Source: Bacillota bacterium (GTDB lineage Bacteria; Bacillota; Clostridia; Tissierellales; Peptoniphilaceae). Taken from it: DNA of 64,000 nt. The notes beneath the pieces were generated by a model, which saw only the letters and a program-made list of their open reading frames with translations, made no database searches and was not told the DNA's origin. The position numbers and the translations under genes are program-made. The stretch covers positions 9,511 through 73,510 of the forward strand of contig JAEZXH010000004.1 of the NCBI GenBank assembly GCA_023442775.1, read 5' to 3'. This document shows positions 46,137-55,231 of the stretch, one piece after another. Position 1 is the first letter of the stretch. Each line of letters starts with the position of its first letter.

Positions 46137-46956
46137 TGAAGATCTCCTTCACTTGTTCTTTGGAGAGAGTGTCGATGGGGTTTTCGGGGTGGACGATGAT
46201 GACAATGCCATCCATGGCCATGGGAGTCGAGACGATGGAGGCATTGGTCTCCGAACCCTTCAGGGCGCGGGAGCTCATTGCAAGATCCGAGGCGCCGTCG
46301 ATGACGTCGGAGATCCCCGAGGAGGAGTCGCTCTGTTGGACGTCGATGTGGACCCCGGGGACCTTCTTCTCATAGGCTTCCTTGAGCTTTTCCATGACGG
46401 GACTGACGGAACTGGACCCGGAGATGGTGAGCTGACCCGAGAGGGAGGAGGGAGAGTATACACCCTGTGAGGGCACGGGGATGTAGCCCGCCTCTTTCAC
46501 AATGGCCTGGCCTTCATCGCTTAGAATGAAGGACTCAAAGTCTAACGCGAGATCCGAGACCTGCTCTGGTGCAACGAGGAGGAAGGGGCGTACCACGGGA
46601 TAGTTACCACTTTGGACCGTCTCCTGAGATGGGGCGACGCCGTCGATGGCGAGGGGCTTGACAGACTCTTGGAGAGAGCCCATGGAGATGTAGCCGATGG
46701 CTCCCACGTCTTCAGAGACGGTGGAGAGCATGACGGCGGTGGAGTTGGTCACCGAGGCGAGGTCCGTGGTGGTGTCCAGGGTCTTTTCCCCTTGTTTTTC
46801 TGTGAGATGAAAGAGTTCAGTAAAGGCCCCGCGTGTGCCAGAGCCCTCTTCTCGAACGATGACTCCAATCTCCGAGGAGGGGTCGAAGGAAGCGGACCGC
46901 CCGCAGCCCATCAGAAGAAGACAGAGGCCGAAGAGAGCCAAGGATTTTAGACGCAT
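46099..46956 (-). CDS. pstS: phosphate-binding lipoprotein PstS
   Basis: Lipobox LLMGC. PBP-like GSGT and SSRALK-type phosphate-binding segments. Confidence 0.88.
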   Translation of the reverse strand: MRLKSLALFGLCLLLMGCGRSASFDPSSEIGVIVREEGSGTRGAFTELFHLTEKQGEKTLDTTTDLASVTNSTAVMLSTVSEDVGAIGYISMGSLQESVKPLAIDGVAPSQETVQSGNYPVVRPFLLVAPEQVSDLALDFESFILSDEGQAIVKEAGYIPVPSQGVYSPSSLSGQLTISGSSSVSPVMEKLKEAYEKKVPGVHIDVQQSDSSSGISDVIDGASDLAMSSRALKGSETNASIVSTPMAMDGIVIIVHPENPIDTLSKEQVKEIFNGKITHWSDLNS

Positions 46957-47023
46957 GAGATTCTCCTTTCCTTGAGAAGGTGTGAAATAAGAATGTAGCT
47001 TTACCTTCAGTATAGAAGGGCTT

Positions 47024-47063
47024 TGTAAAGAGAGAAGGGAGGTCTCTGTAAAGAATATGTAAA
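47024..47063 (-). promoter_or_regulatory. Pho-box-like direct repeats upstream of pstS
   Basis: On the minus strand: TTTACA-tattc-TTTACA-N17-TTTACA, then 9 nt, then TATACT. This matches the Bacillus PhoP box TT(A/T/C)ACA with about 11-nt phasing. Confidence 0.5.
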
Positions 47064-47084
47064 AACCCAGGGGGCTTCCCTGGG
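47061..47084 (-). terminator. intrinsic terminator of the HEPN-like/REase-like gene
   Basis: On the minus strand: CCCAGGG-aagcc-CCCTGGG-TTTTT, directly after the stop codon. Confidence 0.75.
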
Positions 47085-48101
47085 TCAGTGTCTCTTGTGA
47101 TGGCGGGGCTTCTTTTTGATGAAGTGGGGGGCGTCTTCCTCGTGAGGCCGCTTACGCGAAGTTTTTGCCGGGACGCCGAGGTCTACGTGTTTCTCAATGG
47201 AGGCGAGGATGTCCTGGCCATGGAGGAGAGCGTCGATGTCCTTGATGTCCAAGATGGTGATGCGGTGCTCTTTCAGAAGGGCCTTGCAGTCCTTGTCGAG
47301 AAGACCCGAATCCATCAAGAGGACGAGGCCCACGTCCTCCAGGTGGGCAAAGCCCTCGAGAATGGGAGCGAGATCTTCTGGGGTGAGGGCGTCTGGAGTC
47401 TGAAATTTTCGAATCTCCACGGCGAAGGCGCGTCCATTCTTTTCCATCGAAAAGTCGTAGGGGAGGGATGGGTCTTCTGCTTGGGTGGCGACGATACAGT
47501 ATCCCGCGCGTCGAAAGGCGATGGCTGCGAGGCGCTCGGCGGTGACCTCGGCGTCAATGGTCTCCAACGCCTTTAAGAGGAGGGCAGGGCGCAGGCGGAC
47601 GATGGCAGTGCACAGAGACGCGGACACCTCCCCGGGGCCCTTGAAGTCAAAGCCGATGAGCATGTCGTCGACGACGTTAAAGAAGCCATGGGCCAGAGCA
47701 TTTCTCGTGTGGCGCAACAGGGCCTCGGTCTTCGTCTCCTTTTCTCCACGGGTGAGGAGGAGCTTTTGACACCTCGGGTCCACCCGGTCCCAGTAGGCGT
47801 GAAAGAGGTGGGCGGGAATCTCGTCGCAGAAGAGGACATCGTCGGTGGAGAGCTCCATGACTTCTCGAAGGAGATCGAAGGTGAAGTCGTCGTAGAGGGC
47901 CTTGCCGATGAGGGAGTTCTCTTGGGACTGGTAGGAGTTGATGTTGGGGACGTACCACAAAAGATACTCCAGGGCGCGGATGAGTTCTGGGGGCAGGGAG
48001 AGGGGGCGGTCTTCGTGGAGGAGGGAATAGGGACGCACTCCCTCTTTTCCACAGAAGGGGACAAAACTCCCAAGGTCGTAGGGGGCATAGGTGGGATGCA
48101 T
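47085..48101 (-). CDS. hypothetical protein: N-terminal Rx4H (HEPN-like) domain fused to C-terminal PD-(D/E)xK (Mrr/restriction-endonuclease-like) domain, with a basic tail
   Basis: ATG 48101 sits 6 nt after AAAGGAG. Motif LRHTRNALAHGF. The segment AERLAAIAFRRAGY...PYDFSME..FAVEIRKF resembles an REase core. The domain calls are pattern recognition only. Confidence 0.6.
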   Translation of the reverse strand: MHPTYAPYDLGSFVPFCGKEGVRPYSLLHEDRPLSLPPELIRALEYLLWYVPNINSYQSQENSLIGKALYDDFTFDLLREVMELSTDDVLFCDEIPAHLFHAYWDRVDPRCQKLLLTRGEKETKTEALLRHTRNALAHGFFNVVDDMLIGFDFKGPGEVSASLCTAIVRLRPALLLKALETIDAEVTAERLAAIAFRRAGYCIVATQAEDPSLPYDFSMEKNGRAFAVEIRKFQTPDALTPEDLAPILEGFAHLEDVGLVLLMDSGLLDKDCKALLKEHRITILDIKDIDALLHGQDILASIEKHVDLGVPAKTSRKRPHEEDAPHFIKKKPRHHKRH

Positions 48102-48167
48102 GGACTTCTCCTTTCGTCGTTCTTCTCTTAAAATAGCACAACGGCCAGGACTTGGGAAGAAATTCTC

Positions 48168-48197
48168 TTGACAAGGGACTTTTCTGTCGTTTAGAAT
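48168..48197 (+). promoter_or_regulatory. sigma-A type promoter of rplM-rpsI
   Basis: TTGACA, 18 nt spacer, TAGAAT. Confidence 0.6.
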
Positions 48198-48264
48198 GTA
48201 GGATAGTGTTTCAGCCCCGGAATCCAATGAAACGCGAAAATATTAGAAACAGGAGGACGCCTCA

Positions 48265-48693
48265 TTGAAGAGCACAATGGCGAAAGCTAAAGAAGTTGAG
48301 AGAAAATGGTATGTCGTCGACGCTGAGGACAAAGTTCTCGGCCGTCTTGCCTCTGAGGTGGCGAGCATCCTGCGCGGCAAGAACAAGCCCATCTTTACCC
48401 CCCACGTGGACACCGGTGACTTCGTCATCGTCGTCAACGCCGACAAAGTCCGTTTGACCGGTCGCAAGTGGGATCAAAAGGTGCATGCGTATCACACGGG
48501 ATATCCGGGAGGACGTCGCGAGATCTCTTATAAGGAAATGAGAGACAAGCATCCCGAGCGCATCGTGGAATTGGCCGTCAAGGGAATGCTGCCCAAGAAT
48601 CGCCTCGGTCGTCAAATGTACAAGAAGCTCAAGGTCTATGCTGGTGCGGAACATCCCCACCAAGCACAACAGCCTGAAGAACTGAACATCTAA
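48265..48693 (+). CDS. rplM: 50S ribosomal protein L13
   Basis: [25 protein letters not shown] is the uL13 hallmark. TTG start after AGGAGG. Confidence 0.95.
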   Translation: MKSTMAKAKEVERKWYVVDAEDKVLGRLASEVASILRGKNKPIFTPHVDTGDFVIVVNADKVRLTGRKWDQKVHAYHTGYPGGRREISYKEMRDKHPERIVELAVKGMLPKNRLGRQMYKKLKVYAGAEHPHQAQQPEELNI

Positions 48694-48707
48694 GAGAGGA
48701 GGAGAAT

Positions 48708-49100
48708 ATGGCACTCGAACAATACCGCGGAACTGGCAGAAGAAAGACTTCCGTCGCCCAAGTACGCCTCGTACAAGGGGAGGGAAAGATCGTCATCAAC
48801 GGCCGCGACATCGCTGAGTACTTCGACTACGAAACCCTCAGAAACGTCGCCAAGGCTCCCCTCACCGCAACGGGTCTCGAAGGTAGCTTTGACGTCCTCG
48901 TCAAGGTCGTCGGCGGTGGATTCACCGGCCAAGCTGGTGCCATCCGTCAAGGCATCGCCCGTGCCCTCTTGGAAGTGGACGAATCCCTTCGCCCCGCTCT
49001 CAAGAAGGAAGGTTTCCTCACCCGTGACCCTCGGATGAAGGAACGTCGCAAGTACGGCTTGAAGAAGGCCCGTAAGGCCCCCCAATTCTCCAAGCGCTAA
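48708..49100 (+). CDS. rpsI: 30S ribosomal protein S9
   Basis: [16 protein letters not shown] ... the C-terminus ends in RKAPQFSKR. Confidence 0.96.
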   Translation: MALEQYRGTGRRKTSVAQVRLVQGEGKIVINGRDIAEYFDYETLRNVAKAPLTATGLEGSFDVLVKVVGGGFTGQAGAIRQGIARALLEVDESLRPALKKEGFLTRDPRMKERRKYGLKKARKAPQFSKR

Positions 49101-49111
49101 ACCTTGCTGGA

Positions 49112-49150
49112 AAGAACTTTGTGTATCCACGTACACGAAGTTCTTTTTTT
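49112..49150 (+). terminator. intrinsic terminator after rpsI
   Basis: AGAACTTTGTGTA-tccac-GTACACGAAGTTCT-TTTTTT. Confidence 0.85.
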
Positions 49151-49203
49151 ATGCCCCGGACTCGGATTCATGATAGAATGAAAGGACTGGAGAGGAGGAG
49201 ACT

Positions 49204-49473
49204 ATGAAAGCTGTACTATCTGTCATTGGCCGGGACCGGGTGGGGATTGTCCACGAGATATCCGGTGCCCTTGCGAACCATCGCATCAACATCTTAGACA
49301 TCAACCAAACCCTTATGGAAGACTACTTCACCATGATTATGCTCGTCGACCTCAAGGAATGTGACGAGGACTTCGATGCTCTCGTCGATTGCTATTCTCG
49401 CCTTGGGGAGGAGATGGGCATGTCCATTCGCATCCAGCATCAAGCCCTCTTTGATGCCATGCACCAACTCTAG
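49204..49473 (+). CDS. ACT domain protein (UPF0237 family)
   Basis: 89 aa. MKAVLSVIGRDRVGIVHEISGALANHRINILDINQT is typical ACT. Paired with a UPF0210 gene. Confidence 0.8.
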   Translation: MKAVLSVIGRDRVGIVHEISGALANHRINILDINQTLMEDYFTMIMLVDLKECDEDFDALVDCYSRLGEEMGMSIRIQHQALFDAMHQL

Positions 49474-49482
49474 GAGCATCTC

Positions 49483-50832
49483 ATGGAACATCGCAACATT
49501 CTCGAGACCATTCGCATGCTCGACGAGGACAAGCTGGACATTCGCACCCTGACCCTTGGGGTGAACCTCCTCGATTGCATCGGCGGGGACACGAAGACCA
49601 CCCAGCGAAACATCTACGACAAGATCACCCGCCTCTCCGAGCATCTGGTGGAAGAAGGGGACCGGGTGGGTAAGAAGTACGGGGTCACCGTCGTCAATAA
49701 GCGGATTGCCATCACCCCCATGGCCCACCTTGTGAAGGCCCATGAGGACCTGGTGAGCTACGCCTCCTGCCTCGATGCCATCGCCCACGAGGTGGGGGTG
49801 GACTTTATCGGCGGGTTCTCCGCACGGGTGGAGAAAGGGATGACCCCAGCGGATCGGGCCCTTATCGCCGCCCTTCCCGTCGCCCTCGCCACCACCGAGA
49901 GGGTCTGCGCCTCGGTGGCCCTCGCCTCGTCAAAGGCGGGGATCAACATGGACGCTGTGGCCCTCATGGGCGAGACGATTCGCGCATGCGCTCTGGCGAC
50001 GAAGGAGAGAGATAGCCTCGGTTGCGCGAAACTCGTCGTCTTCTCCAATGCCGTGGAGGACAATCCCTTTATGGCTGGGGCCTTCCACGGCGTCGGCGAG
50101 AGTGACGCCCAGTTGAGTGTGGGCGTCTCGGGCCCGGGGGTCGTCAAGCGCGCCTTGGAAAAATGCAAGGGAGCACCCTTCCACGTCCTCTCGGAGGAAA
50201 TCAAGAAGACCGCCTTTCGCATCACCCGCATGGGAGAACTCGTGGCCCGAGAAGTGGCGGAGAATTTAGACCTTCCCTTTGGGATTATCGACCTCTCCCT
50301 CGCCCCGACTCCGGCGATTGGGGATAGCGTCGCCCGCATCCTCGAAGAGATGGGCCTCTCCGTCGTCGGTGCCCACGGCACCACGGCGGCCCTTGCCCTC
50401 TTAAACGACGCAGTAAAAAAGGGCGGGATGATGGCGAGCTCCCACGTGGGAGGTCTCTCTGGGGCCTTCATTCCCGTCTCGGAAGACGAGGGGATGATTG
50501 CCGCCGCCCAAGAGGGAAGCCTTGGACTCGACAAACTTGAGGCGATGACCTGTGTCTGTTCCGTGGGCCTCGACATGATTGCCATTCCCGGGGACACGAG
50601 CGCCGCCACCATCGCCGGGATGATTGCCGACGAGGCTGCCATTGGCATGATCAACCACAAGACCACCGCCGTGCGCATCATCCCCGTCATCGGAAAGACC
50701 GTGGGAGAAGAAGCGGTCTTTGGTGGGCTCTTGGGCCGCGCTCCCATCCTCCCCGTCCACGGGGGAGATTCGAGCCTCTTTGCCGCCCGAGGGGGACGCA
50801 TCCCCGCGCCGCTGACGTCTTTGAAGAACTAG
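49483..50832 (+). CDS. UPF0210/DUF711 (PFL-like) family protein
   Basis: 449 aa. [27 protein letters not shown] is the hallmark N-terminus of UPF0210. Conserved pairing with the ACT protein. Confidence 0.8.
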   Translation: MEHRNILETIRMLDEDKLDIRTLTLGVNLLDCIGGDTKTTQRNIYDKITRLSEHLVEEGDRVGKKYGVTVVNKRIAITPMAHLVKAHEDLVSYASCLDAIAHEVGVDFIGGFSARVEKGMTPADRALIAALPVALATTERVCASVALASSKAGINMDAVALMGETIRACALATKERDSLGCAKLVVFSNAVEDNPFMAGAFHGVGESDAQLSVGVSGPGVVKRALEKCKGAPFHVLSEEIKKTAFRITRMGELVAREVAENLDLPFGIIDLSLAPTPAIGDSVARILEEMGLSVVGAHGTTAALALLNDAVKKGGMMASSHVGGLSGAFIPVSEDEGMIAAAQEGSLGLDKLEAMTCVCSVGLDMIAIPGDTSAATIAGMIADEAAIGMINHKTTAVRIIPVIGKTVGEEAVFGGLLGRAPILPVHGGDSSLFAARGGRIPAPLTSLKN

Positions 50833-50841
50833 GAGGATGAC

Positions 50842-51462
50842 ATGCGCCGAAGCCGTTACGACTATTACACCTGCTTTCGGGAGATGACCCAGATCTCCTA
50901 CACCGCCGCCCAGATGCTCGACGACCTCATGCGAGAGCACAACGAAGAGGAACTGCCCTACCTCCTCGATCAACTCCACAAGATTGAAAATAAAGGGGAC
51001 GACTTGATGCACGAGGCCATGGACGCCCTTCAGGGCCACGGCAGCGCCCCCTTTGAACGGGAGGACGTCGTCGCCCTCATCCAGGCCTTCGACGACGTCA
51101 CCGACACCATCGAAGACGTGGCCATGGGGCTCTACATGTACTGCGTCCAAGAGATTCCAAAGGCGGCCCTGGACTTTGTGAACCTCATCCTCGAAGGGGC
51201 AATCCTCATGCGAGACGTGGCCTTGGAGTTCTCCCAGTTCAAAAAGTCCACCGTCCTCAAGGACAAGGTCATCGCCGTCAACGCCGTCGAGGAAAAGGGG
51301 GATGCCCTCTATCGGGAGACGATGCACCACCTCTACGCCACCGAAGAGAACCTGGTCAAGATCTTGCGGTGGACCCAACTCTTCGATAAATTGGAGGCGA
51401 GTCTCGACGCCATGGAGCAACTCGCCAACCTCGTCGACGTCATCGCCGTGAAGTATCGATGA
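50842..51462 (+). CDS. DUF47 (PhoU-like, YkaA/PitR type) protein
   Basis: 206 aa, helical. IENKGDDLMHEAMDAL...FEREDVVALIQAFDDVTD is typical of DUF47. Confidence 0.75.
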   Translation: MRRSRYDYYTCFREMTQISYTAAQMLDDLMREHNEEELPYLLDQLHKIENKGDDLMHEAMDALQGHGSAPFEREDVVALIQAFDDVTDTIEDVAMGLYMYCVQEIPKAALDFVNLILEGAILMRDVALEFSQFKKSTVLKDKVIAVNAVEEKGDALYRETMHHLYATEENLVKILRWTQLFDKLEASLDAMEQLANLVDVIAVKYR

Positions 51463-51495
51463 AAAAGAGGGACTACAGTCCCTTTTTTATTTTTC
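51462..51495 (+). terminator. intrinsic terminator
   Basis: AAAAAGA-GGGAC-taca-GTCCC-TTTTTTATTTTT. Confidence 0.75.
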
Positions 51496-51529
51496 TCGTA
51501 AAAAGTTTGGGGAAAAGCCGGGGAAATCC

Positions 51530-51558
51530 TTGAAGATTCCCAATTCTCTCGCTATAAT
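51530..51558 (+). promoter_or_regulatory. sigma-A type promoter of the S10 ribosomal protein operon
   Basis: TTGAAG, 17 nt spacer, TATAAT, about 220 nt upstream of rpsJ. Confidence 0.7.
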
Positions 51559-51779
51559 AGTCAGGTATGACAAAAAAGACAAACGCGACGATGCAATAGG
51601 TTGCTCATCGCCCACAGGCAAGAAAAAGAGGGCGTTTGAGGGAATTATTGTGGAGAAGTCCCAGCCGAGAGCTGGGGCGGAACAGGTTCCCTTTTTTCTT
51701 TTCCACTCTTCAGGATACACCCGGATGAGTGGATGGGGGAAGCTGTCCTCCCATCGTGCAAAAATGCCAAGGAGGAACT

Positions 51780-52091
51780 ATGTCTAACAACCAAAAGATC
51801 AGAATCCGTCTCAAGGCCTATGACCATGAGATCCTCGACAACTCCGCCGCTCGTATTGTGGAAGCGGCAAAGTCCACTGGCGCCGCCGTCTCCGGCCCCA
51901 TTCCCCTCCCCACGGAGAAGGAAGTGGTGACCATCCTTCGCGCGGTCCACAAGTACAAGGACTCCCGCGAGCAGTTTGAGCAGCGCACCCACAAGCGCCT
52001 CATCGACATTTTGAGTCCCAACCAAAAGACGGTGGACGCTCTGATGAAGCTCAACCTCCCCGCAGGTGTGGACATCGAGATCAAGCTCTAA
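51780..52091 (+). CDS. rpsJ: 30S ribosomal protein S10
   Basis: [23 protein letters not shown] 51780 follows AAGGAGG. Confidence 0.97.
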   Translation: MSNNQKIRIRLKAYDHEILDNSAARIVEAAKSTGAAVSGPIPLPTEKEVVTILRAVHKYKDSREQFEQRTHKRLIDILSPNQKTVDALMKLNLPAGVDIEIKL

Positions 52092-52150
52092 AGATAAACT
52101 TTCGTATATGATTGCCGCTGGCAATCCGCTATAGCCTAGGAGGTGCATTG

Positions 52151-52783
52151 ATGAAGTACATGGTAGGAAGAAAATTGGGCATGACCCAACTCTTCGACGA
52201 GTCCGGCAATGTCGTGCCCGTGACCGTCATCGCTGCCGAACCCATGGTGGTCGTGCAGAAGAAAACTGTTGAAACTGACGGATACAACGCCGTGCAAGTG
52301 GGGACCCAAGACGTGAAGGAACGTCGCGTCAACAAGCCCTTGAAGGGTCACTTTGACAAGGCAGGGGTCGCCTACAAGAAAGTCTTGCGCGAGTTCCGCA
52401 CCGACGACGTGGACAACTACAACGTCGGCGACGAAATCAAGGTCGACATCTTCGAAGCAGGGGAGAAGGTCGACGTCCAAGGAACCAGCAAGGGGAAGGG
52501 AACTGCAGGGATCATCAAGCGCCACCACTTTGGTCGCGGTCGCGAAACCCACGGTTCTAAGTTCCACCGCATGCCCGGGGGTATGGGCGCTGCCACGAAG
52601 CCTGGCCGTGTCTGGAAGGGACACCGCATGGCTGGGAAGATGGGCCACGATACGGTGACCGTCCAAAACCTGGAAATCATCCGCGTCGATACCGAGACCA
52701 ATGTCCTCCTCGTCAAGGGCGCAATTCCCGGACCGAAGAAGGGCCTCGTTACGGTGAAGTCCACCGTAAAATCCGGCAAGTAA
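52151..52783 (+). CDS. rplC: 50S ribosomal protein L3
   Basis: VGRKLGMTQLFDESGNVVPVTVI. ATG 52151 follows AGGAGG. Confidence 0.96.
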   Translation: MKYMVGRKLGMTQLFDESGNVVPVTVIAAEPMVVVQKKTVETDGYNAVQVGTQDVKERRVNKPLKGHFDKAGVAYKKVLREFRTDDVDNYNVGDEIKVDIFEAGEKVDVQGTSKGKGTAGIIKRHHFGRGRETHGSKFHRMPGGMGAATKPGRVWKGHRMAGKMGHDTVTVQNLEIIRVDTETNVLLVKGAIPGPKKGLVTVKSTVKSGK

Positions 52784-52808
52784 GTGAACTGGAGAAGGAG
52801 GAACTCAC

Positions 52809-53432
52809 ATGCCTAAGTTGCAGATGCTGAACATGGAAGGTGCGCAAGTCGGCGAAATCGAACTCGCAAGCGAAATCTTCGATGTCAATGTCAATGAACA
52901 CTGCGTCTACCTCGTGGTGAAGAACATTCTCGCGAACCGTCGTCAAGGGACCCAATCCGCAAAGACTCGTGCAGAGGTCCGCGGTGGTGGCCGCAAGCCC
53001 TGGAGACAAAAGGGAACGGGCCGCGCTCGTCAAGGAAGCATTCGCTCTCCCCAATGGAAGGGCGGCGGAATTGTCTTCGCGCCGAAGCCTCGCGATTATT
53101 CCTACACCACCCCGAAGAAGGTGCGCCGCCTCGCGCTGAAGAGCGTGCTCACCGACAAGGTCCGCGAGAACGAACTCATCGTCATCGATCGCCTCGCCTT
53201 TGACGAGCCCAAGACGAAGCACTTCGCCAAGGTTCTTCAAAACGTCGGCGCCAAGAAGAAGGCCCTCGTGGTCCTCGGTGAAAAGGACGACAACGTGGTG
53301 CGCGCTGGACGAAACATTGAAGGCGTCGCCTTCTCCGGCGTCAACACCATCAATGTCTACGACTTGTTGAAGTACGATTCCCTCGTCCTCACCAAGGACG
53401 CCCTCGACAAGATTACGGAGGTGTACAACTAA
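52809..53432 (+). CDS. rplD: 50S ribosomal protein L4
   Basis: [25 protein letters not shown]. Confidence 0.96.
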   Translation: MPKLQMLNMEGAQVGEIELASEIFDVNVNEHCVYLVVKNILANRRQGTQSAKTRAEVRGGGRKPWRQKGTGRARQGSIRSPQWKGGGIVFAPKPRDYSYTTPKKVRRLALKSVLTDKVRENELIVIDRLAFDEPKTKHFAKVLQNVGAKKKALVVLGEKDDNVVRAGRNIEGVAFSGVNTINVYDLLKYDSLVLTKDALDKITEVYN

Positions 53433-53722
53433 TGACCAACTACGACATCATCATCCGCCCCGTGGTCACGGAGCGCAGCATGGAGGACATGGAGTACAAC
53501 AAGTACACCTTTGTCGTGGCGAAAAAGGCCAACAAGAGCGAAGTGAAAAAGGCCGTGGAGAGCATCTTTGGCGTCAAGGTCAAGAGCGTCAACACGATGA
53601 ACATGCGCGGCAAAATGAAGCGCCAAGGGGCACACGCTGGTCGCCGTCCCGATTGGAAGAAAGCCATCGTCACCTTGACGGAAGATTCGAAGGCCATTGA
53701 GTTCTTCGAGGGCATGGAATAA
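53432..53722 (+). CDS. rplW: 50S ribosomal protein L23
   Basis: [13 protein letters not shown]...KYTFVV, plus operon position. Confidence 0.95.
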   Translation: MTNYDIIIRPVVTERSMEDMEYNKYTFVVAKKANKSEVKKAVESIFGVKVKSVNTMNMRGKMKRQGAHAGRRPDWKKAIVTLTEDSKAIEFFEGME

Positions 53723-53740
53723 AGCTAGGAGGCATTCACT

Positions 53741-54571
53741 ATGGCAATTAGAGGTTACAAACCGACGACGCCTTCCCGCAGACAGATGACTGTCTCGACC
53801 TTCGAGGAAGTCACCAAGAAGAGCCCGGAGAAGAGCCTGGTCGTCGCTCTCAATAAGCACGCAGGCCGCAACGCACACGGACGCATCACCAGCCGTCACC
53901 GTGGAGGTGGAGCGAAGAAGAAGTATCGTATCATCGACTTCAAGCGCAACAAGGACGCCATCCCCGCTCGCGTTGCTGGCATCGAATACGATCCCAACAG
54001 AAGCGCCTACATTGCACTTCTCAACTACGCCGATGGGGAAAAGCGCTACATCATCGCCCCCAACGGCTTGAAGGTCGGCGACGTCGTCGAGTCCGGTCCC
54101 GATGCTGATATCAAGGTGGGCAACGCCCTTCCCTTGAAGAACATCCCCGTCGGTACCACCCTTCACAACATCGAACTCATCCCCGGCAAGGGCGGCCAAA
54201 TGGTTCGTTCTGCTGGAGCGGAAGCCCAACTCATGGCGAAGGAAGGCAAGTATGCCCAACTCCGTCTGCCCAGTGGGGAGCACCGTCGTGTGAGCATTGA
54301 ATGCCGCGCCACCATCGGCCAAGTCGGCAACCTCTCCCACGAGCTCATCACCATCGGGAAAGCCGGTCGCGCTCGTCACATGGGGAAACGCCCCCACGTC
54401 CGCGGTTCTGCAATGAACCCTGTGGATCACCCCCACGGTGGTGGTGAGGGTCGCGCACCCATCGGTCGTCCCGCACCGATGACTCCCTGGGGCAAGAAGT
54501 CCCTCGGTCTTAAGACCCGTAAGAAGCACAAGAAGAGCGATATGTACATCGTTCGTCGCCGCACGAAGTAA
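53741..54571 (+). CDS. rplB: 50S ribosomal protein L2
   Basis: [16 protein letters not shown] ... HPHGGGEGR. Confidence 0.97.
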   Translation: MAIRGYKPTTPSRRQMTVSTFEEVTKKSPEKSLVVALNKHAGRNAHGRITSRHRGGGAKKKYRIIDFKRNKDAIPARVAGIEYDPNRSAYIALLNYADGEKRYIIAPNGLKVGDVVESGPDADIKVGNALPLKNIPVGTTLHNIELIPGKGGQMVRSAGAEAQLMAKEGKYAQLRLPSGEHRRVSIECRATIGQVGNLSHELITIGKAGRARHMGKRPHVRGSAMNPVDHPHGGGEGRAPIGRPAPMTPWGKKSLGLKTRKKHKKSDMYIVRRRTK

Positions 54572-54588
54572 GGTCAGAGGAGGAACTC

Positions 54589-54870
54589 ATGAGCAGATCG
54601 ATCAAGAAAGGGCCTTTCGCAGACGAGCATCTTCTGAAGAAGATCGACGCCCTGAACGAAAAGAACGAAAAGAAAGTCATCAAGACTTGGTCGCGCCGCA
54701 GCACCATCTTCCCCGAAATGGTGAGCCACACCATTGCCGTGCACGACGGACGCAAGCACGTGCCCATCTACATCACCGAAGATATGGTGGGTCACAAGCT
54801 CGGCGAATTCGTCCCCACGAGAACCTACCGGGGACACGCGGGCAGCGAAAAGTCTGCTGGCGTACGATAA
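54589..54870 (+). CDS. rpsS: 30S ribosomal protein S19
   Basis: [18 protein letters not shown] ... [13 protein letters not shown]. Confidence 0.97.
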   Translation: MSRSIKKGPFADEHLLKKIDALNEKNEKKVIKTWSRRSTIFPEMVSHTIAVHDGRKHVPIYITEDMVGHKLGEFVPTRTYRGHAGSEKSAGVR

Positions 54871-54882
54871 GGAGGGCTTGGA

Positions 54883-55218
54883 ATGGAAGCAAAAGCTATT
54901 GCAAAATATGTGCGCATCTCCCCGTTGAAGGTCAACTTCATCTGTGCAGAGATTCGCGGCAAGCAAGTTGACGAAGCCCTCGCTCTCTTGCAATTCACCC
55001 CGAAGCGCGGTGCCCAAGAACTCTACAAGGTCTTGAAGAGTGCCGTGGCAAACGCTGAAAACAACCTCCACCTCGATCGTGCTGACCTCGTGGTGAAGGA
55101 AGCCTATGCCAATGACGGCCCGACGATGAAGAGATATCGCCCGAAGGCCAAGGGGATGGCTTACCCCATCTTGAAGCGTTCGAGCCACATCGGCGTCGTC
55201 GTAGCGGAACGGGAATAA
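54883..55218 (+). CDS. rplV: 50S ribosomal protein L22
   Basis: [21 protein letters not shown], plus operon position. Confidence 0.96.
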   Translation: MEAKAIAKYVRISPLKVNFICAEIRGKQVDEALALLQFTPKRGAQELYKVLKSAVANAENNLHLDRADLVVKEAYANDGPTMKRYRPKAKGMAYPILKRSSHIGVVVAERE

Positions 55219-55231
55219 GGGAGGACGTACA

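Noticed and set aside
51487-51787. 77-aa and 85-aa ORFs within the rpsJ upstream region
   Set aside because: They have no RBS and overlap the promoter and the predicted leader structure. The region is better explained as a non-coding S10 leader.
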